Shown here: piece by piece, positions 40,090-49,656 of the stretch | Numbering within the stretch: the stretch's first letter is position 1 | How the letters are laid out: every line of letters begins with the position of its first letter | Assembly (NCBI GenBank): GCA_963708395.1 | Contig: CAVPSG010000002.1 | Coordinates: 1,804,401-1,868,400 of the forward strand | Source: an uncultured Acidobacteriota bacterium | GTDB taxonomy: Bacteria > Acidobacteriota > Thermoanaerobaculia > UBA5066 > Gp7-AA6 | Reading direction: 5' to 3' | Length of the DNA: 64,000 nucleotides | The notes under the pieces: model-generated | Databases searched by the model: none | What the model saw: only the letters and a program-made list of their open reading frames with translations | What the model was told of the DNA's origin: nothing | Translations under genes and position numbers: made by a program

Positions 40090-41187
40090 CTACGGCGTCG
40101 GAGTCGGGGTCGGGGTCGGGGTTTCTCGAACAATCCGAACCGCCCCCCGAGCTCGTTTCGAAAGCACAACAGGCATTCGCGGATACGGTACCGATGGTGT
40201 GGGCGTCGCAGATGTGGACTCTCCAGGGTCCAGCCGACCGATCTGGTTGCTACGGAATTGCGTAAACCAGAGGTTGCCATCTGGACCCGCCGCGATACCG
40301 TTAAGTCCGCTGTCGCCCGTGGGGATCGTGAACTCAGTGATCGTGCCGGCGGGGGTGATCCGGCCGATCTTGTTAGCCGCGTACTCTGTGAACCAGATGG
40401 CGCCGTCGGGCCCGGCCGCGATCCCGTAAGGTGCGCCGCCGGCCGCGAACTCGGTAATCGTGCCGGCCGTGGTGATCCGCCCGATCTTGTTGCCGAGATA
40501 CTCTGTGAACCAGAGGGCGCCGTCGGGCCCGGCCGCGATCTCGTAAGGTCTGCTGCCGGCCGTGGGGATCGCGAACTCGGTAATCGTGCCGGCCGTGGTG
40601 ATCCGCCCGATCTTGCTTACATTGTCTTCAGTAAACCAGAGGTTGCCGTCCGGACCTGCCGCGATGCCGTTAGGTCCGCTGACGGGTGTGGGGATCGTGA
40701 ACTCGGTAAACGCGCCGGCGGTCGTGATCCGCCCGATTTTGTTGACCCGGTCTTTGGTAAACCAGAGGTTGCCATCAGGGCCCGCCGCGATACGGTAAGG
40801 CGCGCCGGCCGTGGGAGTCGCGAACTCGGTAATCGTGCCGGCCGTGGTGATCCGCCCGATCTTGTTGCGATCAAATTCCGCAAACCAGAGATTGCCATCA
40901 TGGCCCGCCGCGATACCCCAAGGTCCGCTGCCGCCCGTGGGAATCGTGAACTCGGTAATCGTGCCGGCCGTGGTGATCCGCCCGATCTTATTGCCGAGAT
41001 ACTCTGTGAACCAGAGGGCGCCGTCGGGCCCGGCCGCGATCCCGTAAGGGGAACTCCCGGCTGTCGGGATCGGGAACTCGGTGATCATTTGGCTGCGAGC
41101 GATTCCGCCGAGGCACAGACCGACGACAGCGAGAATCAGTCGCGCGGCAGGTCCGCTGTAGATCCGGCGGGCCGTCTCGTCCTTCAC
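40090..41187 (-). CDS. Secreted seven-bladed beta-propeller protein with Vgb-lyase/NHL-like repeats and a C-terminal (Thr-Pro)n tail
   Basis: Signal peptide MKDETARRIYSGPAARLILAVVGLCLGGIA, then 7-8 repeats of ITEFxIPTxGSxPxGIAAGPDGxLWFTExxxNKIGRITTAG (the streptogramin B lyase Vgb-like repeat pattern), ending ..[11 protein letters not shown]. Confidence 0.55.
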   Translation of the reverse strand: MKDETARRIYSGPAARLILAVVGLCLGGIARSQMITEFPIPTAGSSPYGIAAGPDGALWFTEYLGNKIGRITTAGTITEFTIPTGGSGPWGIAAGHDGNLWFAEFDRNKIGRITTAGTITEFATPTAGAPYRIAAGPDGNLWFTKDRVNKIGRITTAGAFTEFTIPTPVSGPNGIAAGPDGNLWFTEDNVSKIGRITTAGTITEFAIPTAGSRPYEIAAGPDGALWFTEYLGNKIGRITTAGTITEFAAGGAPYGIAAGPDGAIWFTEYAANKIGRITPAGTITEFTIPTGDSGLNGIAAGPDGNLWFTQFRSNQIGRLDPGESTSATPTPSVPYPRMPVVLSKRARGAVRIVRETPTPTPTPTP

Positions 41188-41272
41188 AGCCTCATCTTCC
41201 CTAATGGATAGCGCGTCAGCGGCGAGCCGACCAAGCGAAGCGGGCAGCGAGGGACTTCGATGCGTGCGCGTT

Positions 41273-41830
41273 TCAGAAGCCTCCGACCGCAGGGGACGGC
41301 GCCTTTACGAGGTCGGGAAAGTGAGGAGACGTCACAACCTTTCTCAAGAGATCTTGAACCGCCGGCATGAGCGCCTGTGCGGTCTGATTGCAGGCAGTCT
41401 CACCGTAAAAGCTGCTCTTGTACTCGTAGTCTTCCGAGATCCGAAGCGATTGACCGTTCGAGGACTTCACGGTGAGGGCCAGGAGCCACCCGATGTCGAC
41501 GTGAAATCGATGGTCTCCAGATTTGCGGTCAGAGTCACGGGGCCGGTCGCGGAGAACGACTCGGCCAGCCTCAGGTCATCAACGAACGCCTTGCGGACGT
41601 AGTCCTCAAAGGTATCGCCGTCCGGAGTCTTGATCGGTCCGACAGCGCGACAGGTGATCTCCCGGCGGCCTGGCGGAGTCGCGGTAAACGGTCCGACGTT
41701 GATCTGCGGTTTCCCCAGCGCCCTCAGGGCGCTGACGTTGTCGACGGAGACCGCGTAGCGACTCGCCGCATAGGTGAAGCATCCGACGCAGCCCAGCAGG
41801 GCGACGAGGATAGCCAGATTTGAGCGATTC
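41273..41830 (-). CDS. Lipoprotein (island cargo); one frameshift near 41470
   Basis: TTG start gives (M)NRSNLAILVALLGCVGCFTYAASRYAVSVDN..TLTANLETIDFTSTSGGSWPSP, continuing in the next frame as KSSNGQSLRISEDYEYKSSFYGETACNQTAQALMPAVQDLL.. (track ORF 41273..41470). The ORF track merged the first part into the integrase ORF. Confidence 0.4.
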
Positions 41831-42119
41831 AACTGTGGATAGCTTATAGCTCCTCGGACCTGGCCTAGACCATGTCGGCGTCGATTCCCGAAGCGATCAC
41901 TGAGACATCGGGATTTCTCCTTGTCCCTTTCGGAACCTTCAGGGATTCCGCCGGTGATCGGCGGATCCGACTCGGGCCTTGTGGTCGCCGGCAAGAGCAG
42001 CGGTTCGACGGGGATCTCGGGCGCGCCCTTCTGGATCTCACGGCGGTCCCAGGGCGTTCGGACCCAGGGGAGCGCCAGTTCGCTCGCCTCTGGATTCGGT
42101 GGATCGAGCCGACCTTCAC

Positions 42120-43038
42120 CTAGCGCCACGTCGTCGCGACCGACCGATGGCGCATGAATGCTGCGAGGTCGAAGATCGGGAATTGCCGCTCGTAGAGGTG
42201 CGTGCAGCGCGAGTAACGCAAAACGTGCGGTGAGAGGTGGCGCCCCCGAGGCTCGATGCCGGCCGCCTCGACGCGCGCCTGCAGAATCGCAGCGAACTGA
42301 GCGGAGCTCACGCCCCGATCTTCGGGACCGCGGGGTGTCCCAATGCGAGGGAACAAAGCCGGATCGCGAACACCGGCAGACTCGAGCGCCATGAGGTGCG
42401 CCTGCAGGAGTTGACAGACGGTGTCGTCGAGCGCGAACACCTGCGGCTCTCGAGAACACTTGCTCTCGCGGATCACGAGGAGGGCTGGCCGGAGTGGATC
42501 TGGAGGTCGGACCGACGGAGACGACCGGGTTCCCCGCGCGGAGCGCGCATTGGTAAACGACCGCGACCATCGCGGAGTTGCATCCCTCGACGAGGTCGTG
42601 GATCCGCGAGCGCCGGTTGAACAGGACGGCCGGATCCTTTCGGCGCTGCGGGACCAGGGGGCGCTGCCAAAAGACGATGCGACCGATTTCCTCGCGCGAG
42701 AACACCGGGATGACGTCGCGCCGCTTTTCCTCGGGAGCCCGCGCGAGTCGCAGCGGGTTCTCCGGGATGTGCCCGCGGGACGCGAGGGACGAGTAGAAGG
42801 CTTTGAGTGCGGACATCCGGAGCCTCCGCGTATTCGGGGACCGCCGCGCGAGCGCCAAGCGGGCCATGTACGAGTCGGCGTCGCGGATCGTGACTGCCGC
42901 GAAGTTCTCGATCTCCATACGGCGCCGGAAGTCGGCGAGGGACTTGCGGTAGGCGACGACCGTCGACTCCGAGCGGCCGAGAACGTTGCTTAGGAAGGCG
43001 ACGAACTCCTCGACCAGGTTGGCAGGGGAGTCCGTCAT
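42120..43038 (-). pseudogene. int: Tyrosine integrase (XerC/D-like), disrupted: frameshift(s) near 42480-42540 and an in-frame TAG at the expected catalytic-Tyr codon
   Basis: N-terminus MTDSPANLVEEFVAFLSNVLGRSESTVVAYRKSLADF..ALKAFYSSLASRGHIPENP.. (core-binding). Catalytic part is in frame 42120..42476: LVIRESKCSREPQVFALDDTV..HVLRYSRCTHLYE..MRHRSVATTWR then TAG where RY(A/T)HL normally places the catalytic Tyr. Confidence 0.65.
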
Positions 43039-43156
43039 CGGGTCGCCTCTCTCGAGGCCGCCGTGTACACAAACTGTGATCTCCCGCCTGCCGCGGAGAT
43101 CCAGTTTCGGGCCTCAGGGCAATGCGAAATCGGGTGAATCGGGCAGGATGGCCGAG

Positions 43157-43189
43157 GGGTTGTATTTTCGAGTTTTACACGGCTCACCA
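43157..43189 (+). repeat. attR-like direct repeat
   Basis: GGGTTGTATTTTCGAGTTTTACACGGCTCACCA matches the tRNA 3' end at 28 of 33 positions; the last 14 nt are identical. Confidence 0.55.
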
Positions 43190-43359
43190 ACCTCGAACCG
43201 TCCGAAATCGACCAGGAATCCACCGAAACGGCCCCTCCCCACCCCAAAGGGCACTTTAACGGCCCCTCCGGAGAGCCTCCGACGAGTTACCATTGTGGCG
43301 GCCTAAATCCTGTCAGGACGACGTTTGGAACCTGCCGCGGGAGGCAGCTCGGGAGCGGT

Positions 43360-44653
43360 CATGGGCGCCGGGCAACGTGTTCGGGTCACACAGGAGATTC
43401 GAGTCCCCGACCGGGAAGAGGTCCGGGGAGACGGGCTCGCGCCTTCGCTCGAGACGCTCGTCCCCGCCGTCGCCGTCCGCCTCACCGACGGCATCCGGCT
43501 GGCCGTCGCGACCGAGGAGGTCCAGCGTCTCGAGCGCGCGCTCGCCGTCGCGCGCGCGGGTCTCGGCGGGCTCTTGCTCCTCGTCGAGACGGTCGTGCAG
43601 CTCTCGTGGCCGCGCGGCAACTGGACGCGCATCGAGCTCTCGGGGATCTACGCTCTGGTGGGGCTCGCGGTCTGGGCCAGGTTGCGCCGCCACGACTCGA
43701 CGCCGGCGCTGCGACGCGCGCTCCAGGCCTTCGACATTTTTTCGGCGGCGGTCCTCTCGCTCATGGGAGACGAGGTGCTCGTGCTCGTCGGCGTGCTGGC
43801 AATCTACGCGGCCGCGGCGCGGTGGTCGCGGATCGAGGCGATCGTGACGGCCGCGGCGATCAGCGGGCTCGTCCTGATCGGCCAGCTCGCGACGCTGATC
43901 CTCTCCTCGACGCGGCCCGATTTCGACGGGCACGCGTTCTTCTTCCGGATGTCGACGCTCTTCCTGCTCTCGTTTCTCTTCAGCCACGTGACCCGTCGCG
44001 GGAAGGAGCTTCAGGACGAGACGTTGAAGGCCAAGGCCATGGACCGGGCTCTGGTGGCGCGCGAGCTCCACGACGGGGCGATCCAGTCGCTCATCGGAAT
44101 GGAGGTTCAGGTCGACGTCCTGCGTCGGAGCGCGACGGACACGCCGGCGATGGCCGAGGAGCTGTCGCGCATCCAGGCGATGCTGCGCCGCGAGGTCCTC
44201 AACCTGCGCGAGCTGATGCGGCAGATGAAGCCGCTCGACCTCGACCCGCGCCAGCTCCTCGACTTCCTGGCGGAGTCGGTCGACAAGTTTCGCCGCGAGG
44301 CGGGCATCTCCGCGAGCTTCGTCTCGGATCTGAGGGAGCTCTCGCTGTCGCCGCGCCTCTGCGCGGAGATCGCGCGCATCGCGCAGGAGGCCCTCGTCAA
44401 CGTGCGCAAGCACAGCGGGGCCTCGAACGTCATCGTGCGGCTGAGCCTGGACGGTGACGAGGGCCGGCTCGTGGTGGACGACGACGGGCGGGGGTTCGAC
44501 TTTTCGGGCAGGCTCTCGCAGGCGGAGCTCGACGCGGCGCGCAAGGGGCCGGTGATCATCAAGGAGCGCGTGCGATCGATCGGAGGCAGTCTGGCGATCG
44601 AGTCGGCGCCGGGCCGGGGCGCGCGCCTCGAGATCACGTTTCCGAATGAATAA
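43360..44653 (+). CDS. Sensor histidine kinase, HisKA_3/DesK-NarX type (membrane domain + H-box + HATPase_c)
   Basis: 5 TM helices, H-box ARELHDGAIQSLIGM, HATPase (EALVNVRKHSGAS..DDDGRGF..GGSLAIESAPGRGARLEI). Start approximate (ATG 43360). Confidence 0.7.
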
Positions 44654-45314
44654 AGTGCTCAAGCCGATCCGCATCGTCATCGCGGACGATCACCCGATCG
44701 TGCGCGACGGCCTCCGCCGCCTGCTCGAGATCGAAAAGGACTTCGAGGTCGTGGGTCAGGCGTCCGACGGCCGCGAGGCGATCCGCCTCGTGCGCCAGCT
44801 GCGGCCGGACGTGCTGCTGCTCGACCTCGCCATGCCGCGCCTTCCGGGCCTCGAGGTGCTGCGCGAGCTGTCGTCGTCGTCGCTCGAGGTCCGGACGATT
44901 CTGCTGACGGCGGCCGTCGAAAAGGAGCAGATCGTCGAAGCGCTCCAGATCGGAGCGCGCGGCGTCGTCTCGAAGGAATCGGCGACGGAGCTCCTCTTCA
45001 AGAGCATCCGAACGGTCGTCTCCGGTCAGTACTGGGTCGGACGCGAGGAGGTCTCGGACCTCGTCGCCGCGCTGCGCGGGCTCCTGCCGACCGGCGCCGA
45101 GGAGCGCCAGCGCTCCTTCGGTCTGACTCGGCGCGAGCTCGAAATCGTGGCCGCGATCGTCGAAGGCTGCACCAACCGCGACATCGCCCAGAAGTTCTCG
45201 CTCTCCGAGGACACCGTGAAGCACCATCTCACCCACATCTTCGACAAGCTCGGCGTTTCCAACCGACTCGAGCTCGCGATGTTCGCGGTCAACCATCACC
45301 TGCCTGCCCCTTAG
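44646..45314 (+). CDS. LuxR/NarL-family response regulator
   Basis: IRIVIADDHPIVRDGLRRLLE..DVLLLDLAMP (receiver) and LTRRELEIVAAIVEGCTNRDIAQKFSLSEDTVKHHLTHIFDKLGV (LuxR HTH). Start overlaps the kinase stop. Confidence 0.85.
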   Translation: MNKVLKPIRIVIADDHPIVRDGLRRLLEIEKDFEVVGQASDGREAIRLVRQLRPDVLLLDLAMPRLPGLEVLRELSSSSLEVRTILLTAAVEKEQIVEALQIGARGVVSKESATELLFKSIRTVVSGQYWVGREEVSDLVAALRGLLPTGAEERQRSFGLTRRELEIVAAIVEGCTNRDIAQKFSLSEDTVKHHLTHIFDKLGVSNRLELAMFAVNHHLPAP

Positions 45315-45858
45315 GGAAGCGGCGATTTCCCTCGCAGACGCCACCTAAGTGCCTTCCGGCGGGCACCCGCGGGCCATTGGCTCCGGCGGCCCGGAGGCTA
45401 TCCTCGAAGCCATCGCAGCGGAGGACAAATTGGGCGCTCGGTCGGTGTCGTGGAAACCTGTCGGCTCTCCCGCTCGGTGTGTCTCCGCAAGACAACCCGA
45501 ACTGACGGGAACCTGGACAGGCTGCGCGAACCCATCGCACGCCGCCGCTCCCCTTCGGGGGGAGGCGTAGGCGTGGACACGTCGTCGCGCCCGGTGCGGG
45601 CCCGGAGTCTGGGGCGAGAGGCGGTCGGAGGTCTGACGACTCCCGACAGAGGTTGTGGCGCGACGTCGCCGGGAATCGCGGTTTCCCTTCCGCCCCTCAC
45701 CCGAGACTCCGGGCCCGGAGAGCCCTGCGTGATGTGCGAGCACCCGCGAGCCCTCCACACCGAGGGAACCGACGGCGCGGGCTGGTGCGCGCAGGGCTCC
45801 TGGTGCGAGTGCGGCGGATTTCAGGGATCGCGAGCGCTCTGAACCACAGGAGGGTGTC

Positions 45859-46254
45859 GTGAAGATCGCGTCGGAGAGGTTGTCGGGTCGGCGGGTCGGG
45901 ATGGAGCCGGAGGCGGGGCCGGCGCTCGATCGGGAGATCGAGCGGCGCGTCTGCGGCGTTCCGCCGGGCGAGGCCGTGCCGCGATATTCGACGGACGAGT
46001 CCGCGGCCGTGGCTCTGGCCAACCGGTTCTCGCGGACGCGCGGCTGGTGGTTCTTCGAGAAGAAGGAAGTCTTCGGAGGCTCCGCCTTCGGATGGATCCA
46101 GGAATCGCAGCCGCTCTTCGTGTCCGTGCACCCGATCCAGGCGAGTGCGCCGACGCGCGCGCTGGCGATCTGCCGGTCGCTTCTGAAGGTGGCCGACTTC
46201 CTCGACGCCAGGCCGCACGCCATTTCCGAGAACCGCGCGACCGCGCACGCCTGA
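45859..46254 (+). CDS. Hypothetical protein
   Basis: GTG start, 131 aa (..PRYSTDESAAVALANRFSRTRGWWFFEKK..APTRALAICRSLLKV). No confident family. Confidence 0.3.
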   Translation: MKIASERLSGRRVGMEPEAGPALDREIERRVCGVPPGEAVPRYSTDESAAVALANRFSRTRGWWFFEKKEVFGGSAFGWIQESQPLFVSVHPIQASAPTRALAICRSLLKVADFLDARPHAISENRATAHA

Positions 46255-46343
46255 TCGCGCGCTTCCGATTCCATTGCATTCCGAAGAGACCGGCCGCGCG
46301 CCGGTCTCTTCGTTTCGCGGCGTCCTGCTAAACTGCCGGCCGA

Positions 46344-46486
46344 TGGTCTGGACGCTCTTCCTGGCGCTCTTCGCGCTGTGGCTGATCGCCCACTTCGCGT
46401 TTCACATCGCGAGCGGCCTGATCCATCTGCTCCTGCTCGGCGCGGTCGTCGCCCTCGTCGTTGGCCTCGTGCGGCGCACGACCTGA
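46344..46486 (+). CDS. Small two-TM membrane protein (lmo0937-like family)
   Basis: MVWTLFLALFALWLIAHFAFHIASGLIHLLLLGAVVALVVGLVRRTT, 47 aa. The track ORF begins further upstream at 46274. Confidence 0.45.
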
Positions 46487-46501
46487 CGCCGGGCGTCCCG
46501 G

Positions 46502-46968
46502 CTACTTCACGACCTCCAGGTGCGGGTCGGCCTTGACGGGCGCCCCGCCGATTGCGGTGAAGGTCAAGTCGTACTCCACGTTCACCTTGGCCTGGCCGCC
46601 TGAGGAGGCGGCGGCATCCGAGTAGCAAAGGAAGTCCTGGCACGTGAAAGTGAAAGGAGCCGCCCCTTTGAAGACAAGGTTGGGCTTCGTGCCCAAGACC
46701 AGCCAGACGACAAAGTGCGTGTCGCTCGTCACCGTCAATGTCTCGGGAACGACCTGGTTGTTGCCGATCGCGACCGCCACGGCGACACGATTGTTGGGAT
46801 GGGCCGCCTGAATATCCGCCACCTTCTTTTGAAACAACAGGAAGAAGTCGTGCGGCGGTGGCGGCGGGTTCCCACCTCCGGGACAACTGTCTCCCAGCAA
46901 CACCAGGCTTCCGGTCAGAAGCGCCAGAACGCGCAGTCCCAGGGATGGCCCAGAGCCCTTTCGCATAA
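46502..46968 (-). CDS. Secreted hypothetical protein
   Basis: MRKGSGPSLGLRVLALLTGSLVLLGDSCPGGG signal peptide, about 125-aa beta-rich mature part with 4 Cys. The ATG at 46968 lies just downstream of the kinase gene stop. Confidence 0.4.
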
Positions 46969-47001
46969 CCCCTCCTCTCCTCTCGAAGCGAACGAATCCC
47001 C

Positions 47002-49599
47002 TCAGGCCGCATCCTTCTTCGCGGTGATTCGAGTCCTGTAGGCCGGCGTCTTTCGCAGCGCCGCGAACTCCGGCTCGCGCTCGATCGTGCCGAGTCCCAG
47101 CCCCGCCTCCACGGCCTGCTCGATCCACCCGACCGCGTCATCGGTCTTTCCGAGGAGATTCGAGACGACCGCGGCGTCGTAGAACGAGTCGGGATTTCCC
47201 GGCTCGATCTCGAGCGCCTTGCGGATGGCGGCGAGGCCATCCGCCGCCTTGCCGGTCTTGGCGAGCGCGAGTCCGAGCGTGCAGAGCGCGCGGGCGTCGC
47301 GCGGATCGACCCCGAGCTCCTGCCGCGCGAGCGAGATCGCCTTTTCGTACGCGGCCGCCGCCCTCGGCCGTTCGCCGGGCGCCCAGCGGTAGGCGTCGCC
47401 GAGGTTGGCCCAGTAGAGCGACTTGCCGGGAGTGAGCGCCGTGGCCTTCTCGAAAGAGCCGGCGGAATCGGCGTAGCGGCCGAGGAAGAACTGCAGCGTC
47501 CCGAGGTTCGAGTAGGCGCCGTCGCTCGGCGCGATCGCGGCGGACTTCTGGAAGGCCTCGAGCGCGTCGTCGAAGCGGTCGGCCTGCTCGTAGGCGGCAC
47601 CGAGGTTGTTCCACGCGCGCACGTTGTCGGGCGTCTTCGCGACGACCTCCCGGAACATCTCGGCAGCCTGAGGATATCGCCCGATCGAGTAGTCGAACAC
47701 GCCGTAGTGGTTGTACGGCACCCACGACCCGGGCTGCAGGGCCACCGCGCGCTTGTGGCAGCCCTCCGCCTCGTCGTTGCGACCCACCGACTGATACGCC
47801 TCGGCGAGGCCCAGGAGGCCCTCGAGTGAATCCGGCGCCTGCGAGAGAGCGATCTGGAATTCGCTCACGGCCTCGGCGCCTTTCCCGGTGCGCGACAGGA
47901 CGAGCCCTCGCGCGACGTGGACCTCGGGAATCCCGGGGTCGAGACGCGTCGCGCGTTCGGCGGCCTCGATGGCCCGGTCCGCCCAGTCCTTCTCCCGCGT
48001 GATCGTATATTCGTGAAGGCACGCGCGCGCGAGCGCGGACTGCACGAGCGCCGAGCCCGGGACTTCCGAGGCGAGCGGGTTCAGGATCGCGAGGGCGGCC
48101 TCGACCGACTCCTTCCGGTCGTATCTCTGGAGATAGCCGAGCGCCTCGAGGTAGCGCTCCTGCTGGCTCGTCGTCACGAGGCCCGTCGGAAGCGGCGTCC
48201 TCCGCCCGGCCGGGGTCGCGTGGAGGTCGCGCGCGACGCGGTCGGTCAGCTGATCCTGGATCGCGAAGATGTTCGAGGCGGTTCCCGTCACCTCGCCTCC
48301 GCCGACCTGCCGGCGCTCGTGCGTCTGCCAGACCGACCACGTAAAGCGGAGCCGGTCGCCCTCCTGCTGTGTCGCGCCGACGAGCACGTAGTCGGCTCCG
48401 AGGTCGCGGGCGATGCGGAACGGATCGCGCTGCCGGTCCGCGGCTTCGACGACGACCGACGGCGTGACGACCTGGACGCCCGAGAGATTGGAGAGGCGGG
48501 CGCTGACGGTCTCGACGAGGCCTTCGCCGATCCGCTGGCCGTCGGGCCGTCCCGAGAGGTCGCGGAAGGGGAGGACCGCGAGCAGCCGCGGCGCCCCCGG
48601 CGAAGCCGGCGCCGCGGCGCGGGGGCGATACGCGAGCCAGAGGCCGGCCGCGACGCCGAGGCCGGCGAGGATCGCGAGCACGAGGCGCCGCTCGCGCGGG
48701 CTCGGCAGGGCAGCCGTCCCGCCGGACCGGTCGCCGCTCGCGATGTACGCGTCCTCGAGCGCGATCCGCGCATCGCCGATGTCCCGCAGGCGGCGGTTCG
48801 GGTCCTTCTGGAGGCAGCGCTCGAGCAGCTCGCGCACGCGCGCCGGCGTCGCCGCCGGCAGCGCGGACCAGTCGGGCTCCTTCGTCGCGACGTTGATGAG
48901 AACGTCCGGCGGGCTCTCGCCCGTGAACGCCCGGCGGCCGGTGAGCATCTCGAAGAGAACGCAGCCGAAGGACCAGACGTCCGTCCGCTTGTCCACCGTG
49001 CGCCCGCGCGCCTGTTCGGGGCTCATGAACTCGACGGTGCCGACGATGACGCCGGGCCGCGTCTCGTCGAGCCGCAGCGTCGGCGACTCGGAGGAGTCGC
49101 GAGAGTCCTCCGCCTTCGGATCCATCGCCTTGGCGAGCCCGAGGTCGAGGACCTTGACGCGCCCTTCGGGCGTGATCTTGATGTTCGCCGGCTTCAGATC
49201 GCGGTGGACGATTCCTTTCTCGTGCGCCGCCTCGAGGCCCTCGGCGATCTGGCGCGCCGCGCCGAGCGCCTCGCGCAGCGGCATCGGGCCGCGCGCGAGG
49301 ATCTGCGACAGCGTCTGGCCCGGGACGAGCTCCATCACGATGTAGCGGATCGGGCCGGATTCCTCGAGCCCGTAAATCGCCGCGAGGTTCGGGTGGTTGA
49401 TCGCCGCGAGCATTCGCGCTTCGCGGTCGAAGCGCGTGAGCTTCGCGGCGTCCTGCGCGAAGGCCTCCGGAAGAATCTTGATCGCGACTTCGCGGCCGAG
49501 CTTACGGTCGTGGGCCCGGTACACCTCGCCCATACCGCCCGCTCCCAGCGGTCCGAGGACCTCATAGGAGCCGAGGCTCGTTCCCGGATCGAGGCTCAT
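47002..49599 (-). CDS. Ser/Thr protein kinase with TM helix and extracytoplasmic sensor/TPR domain
   Basis: Hanks kinase motifs GPLGAGGMGEVYRA, VAIK, HRDLKPANI, DLGLA, GTVEFMSPEQ. TM RLVLAILAGLGVAAGLWLAY. C-terminal TPRs. 865 aa, intact. Confidence 0.85.
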   Translation of the reverse strand: MSLDPGTSLGSYEVLGPLGAGGMGEVYRAHDRKLGREVAIKILPEAFAQDAAKLTRFDREARMLAAINHPNLAAIYGLEESGPIRYIVMELVPGQTLSQILARGPMPLREALGAARQIAEGLEAAHEKGIVHRDLKPANIKITPEGRVKVLDLGLAKAMDPKAEDSRDSSESPTLRLDETRPGVIVGTVEFMSPEQARGRTVDKRTDVWSFGCVLFEMLTGRRAFTGESPPDVLINVATKEPDWSALPAATPARVRELLERCLQKDPNRRLRDIGDARIALEDAYIASGDRSGGTAALPSPRERRLVLAILAGLGVAAGLWLAYRPRAAAPASPGAPRLLAVLPFRDLSGRPDGQRIGEGLVETVSARLSNLSGVQVVTPSVVVEAADRQRDPFRIARDLGADYVLVGATQQEGDRLRFTWSVWQTHERRQVGGGEVTGTASNIFAIQDQLTDRVARDLHATPAGRRTPLPTGLVTTSQQERYLEALGYLQRYDRKESVEAALAILNPLASEVPGSALVQSALARACLHEYTITREKDWADRAIEAAERATRLDPGIPEVHVARGLVLSRTGKGAEAVSEFQIALSQAPDSLEGLLGLAEAYQSVGRNDEAEGCHKRAVALQPGSWVPYNHYGVFDYSIGRYPQAAEMFREVVAKTPDNVRAWNNLGAAYEQADRFDDALEAFQKSAAIAPSDGAYSNLGTLQFFLGRYADSAGSFEKATALTPGKSLYWANLGDAYRWAPGERPRAAAAYEKAISLARQELGVDPRDARALCTLGLALAKTGKAADGLAAIRKALEIEPGNPDSFYDAAVVSNLLGKTDDAVGWIEQAVEAGLGLGTIEREPEFAALRKTPAYRTRITAKKDAA

Positions 49600-49656
49600 T
49601 GGAAGCGCCGGAGCGGGATTCTAATGCCGATGGGTTCGGTCCCGCCGGCGCGGACT

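Larger units (their letters stand above)
36243..43189. mobile_element. tRNA-Lys-associated integrative genomic island (~6.9 kb), probably decayed and fixed
   Basis: Bounded by the tRNA 3' end and an imperfect direct repeat of it at 43157..43189, with a tyrosine integrase gene abutting the distal repeat. Cargo is typical of islands (TA pair, R-M-like fusion, secreted proteins, integrase fragments) and looks locally lower in GC. Confidence 0.6.
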
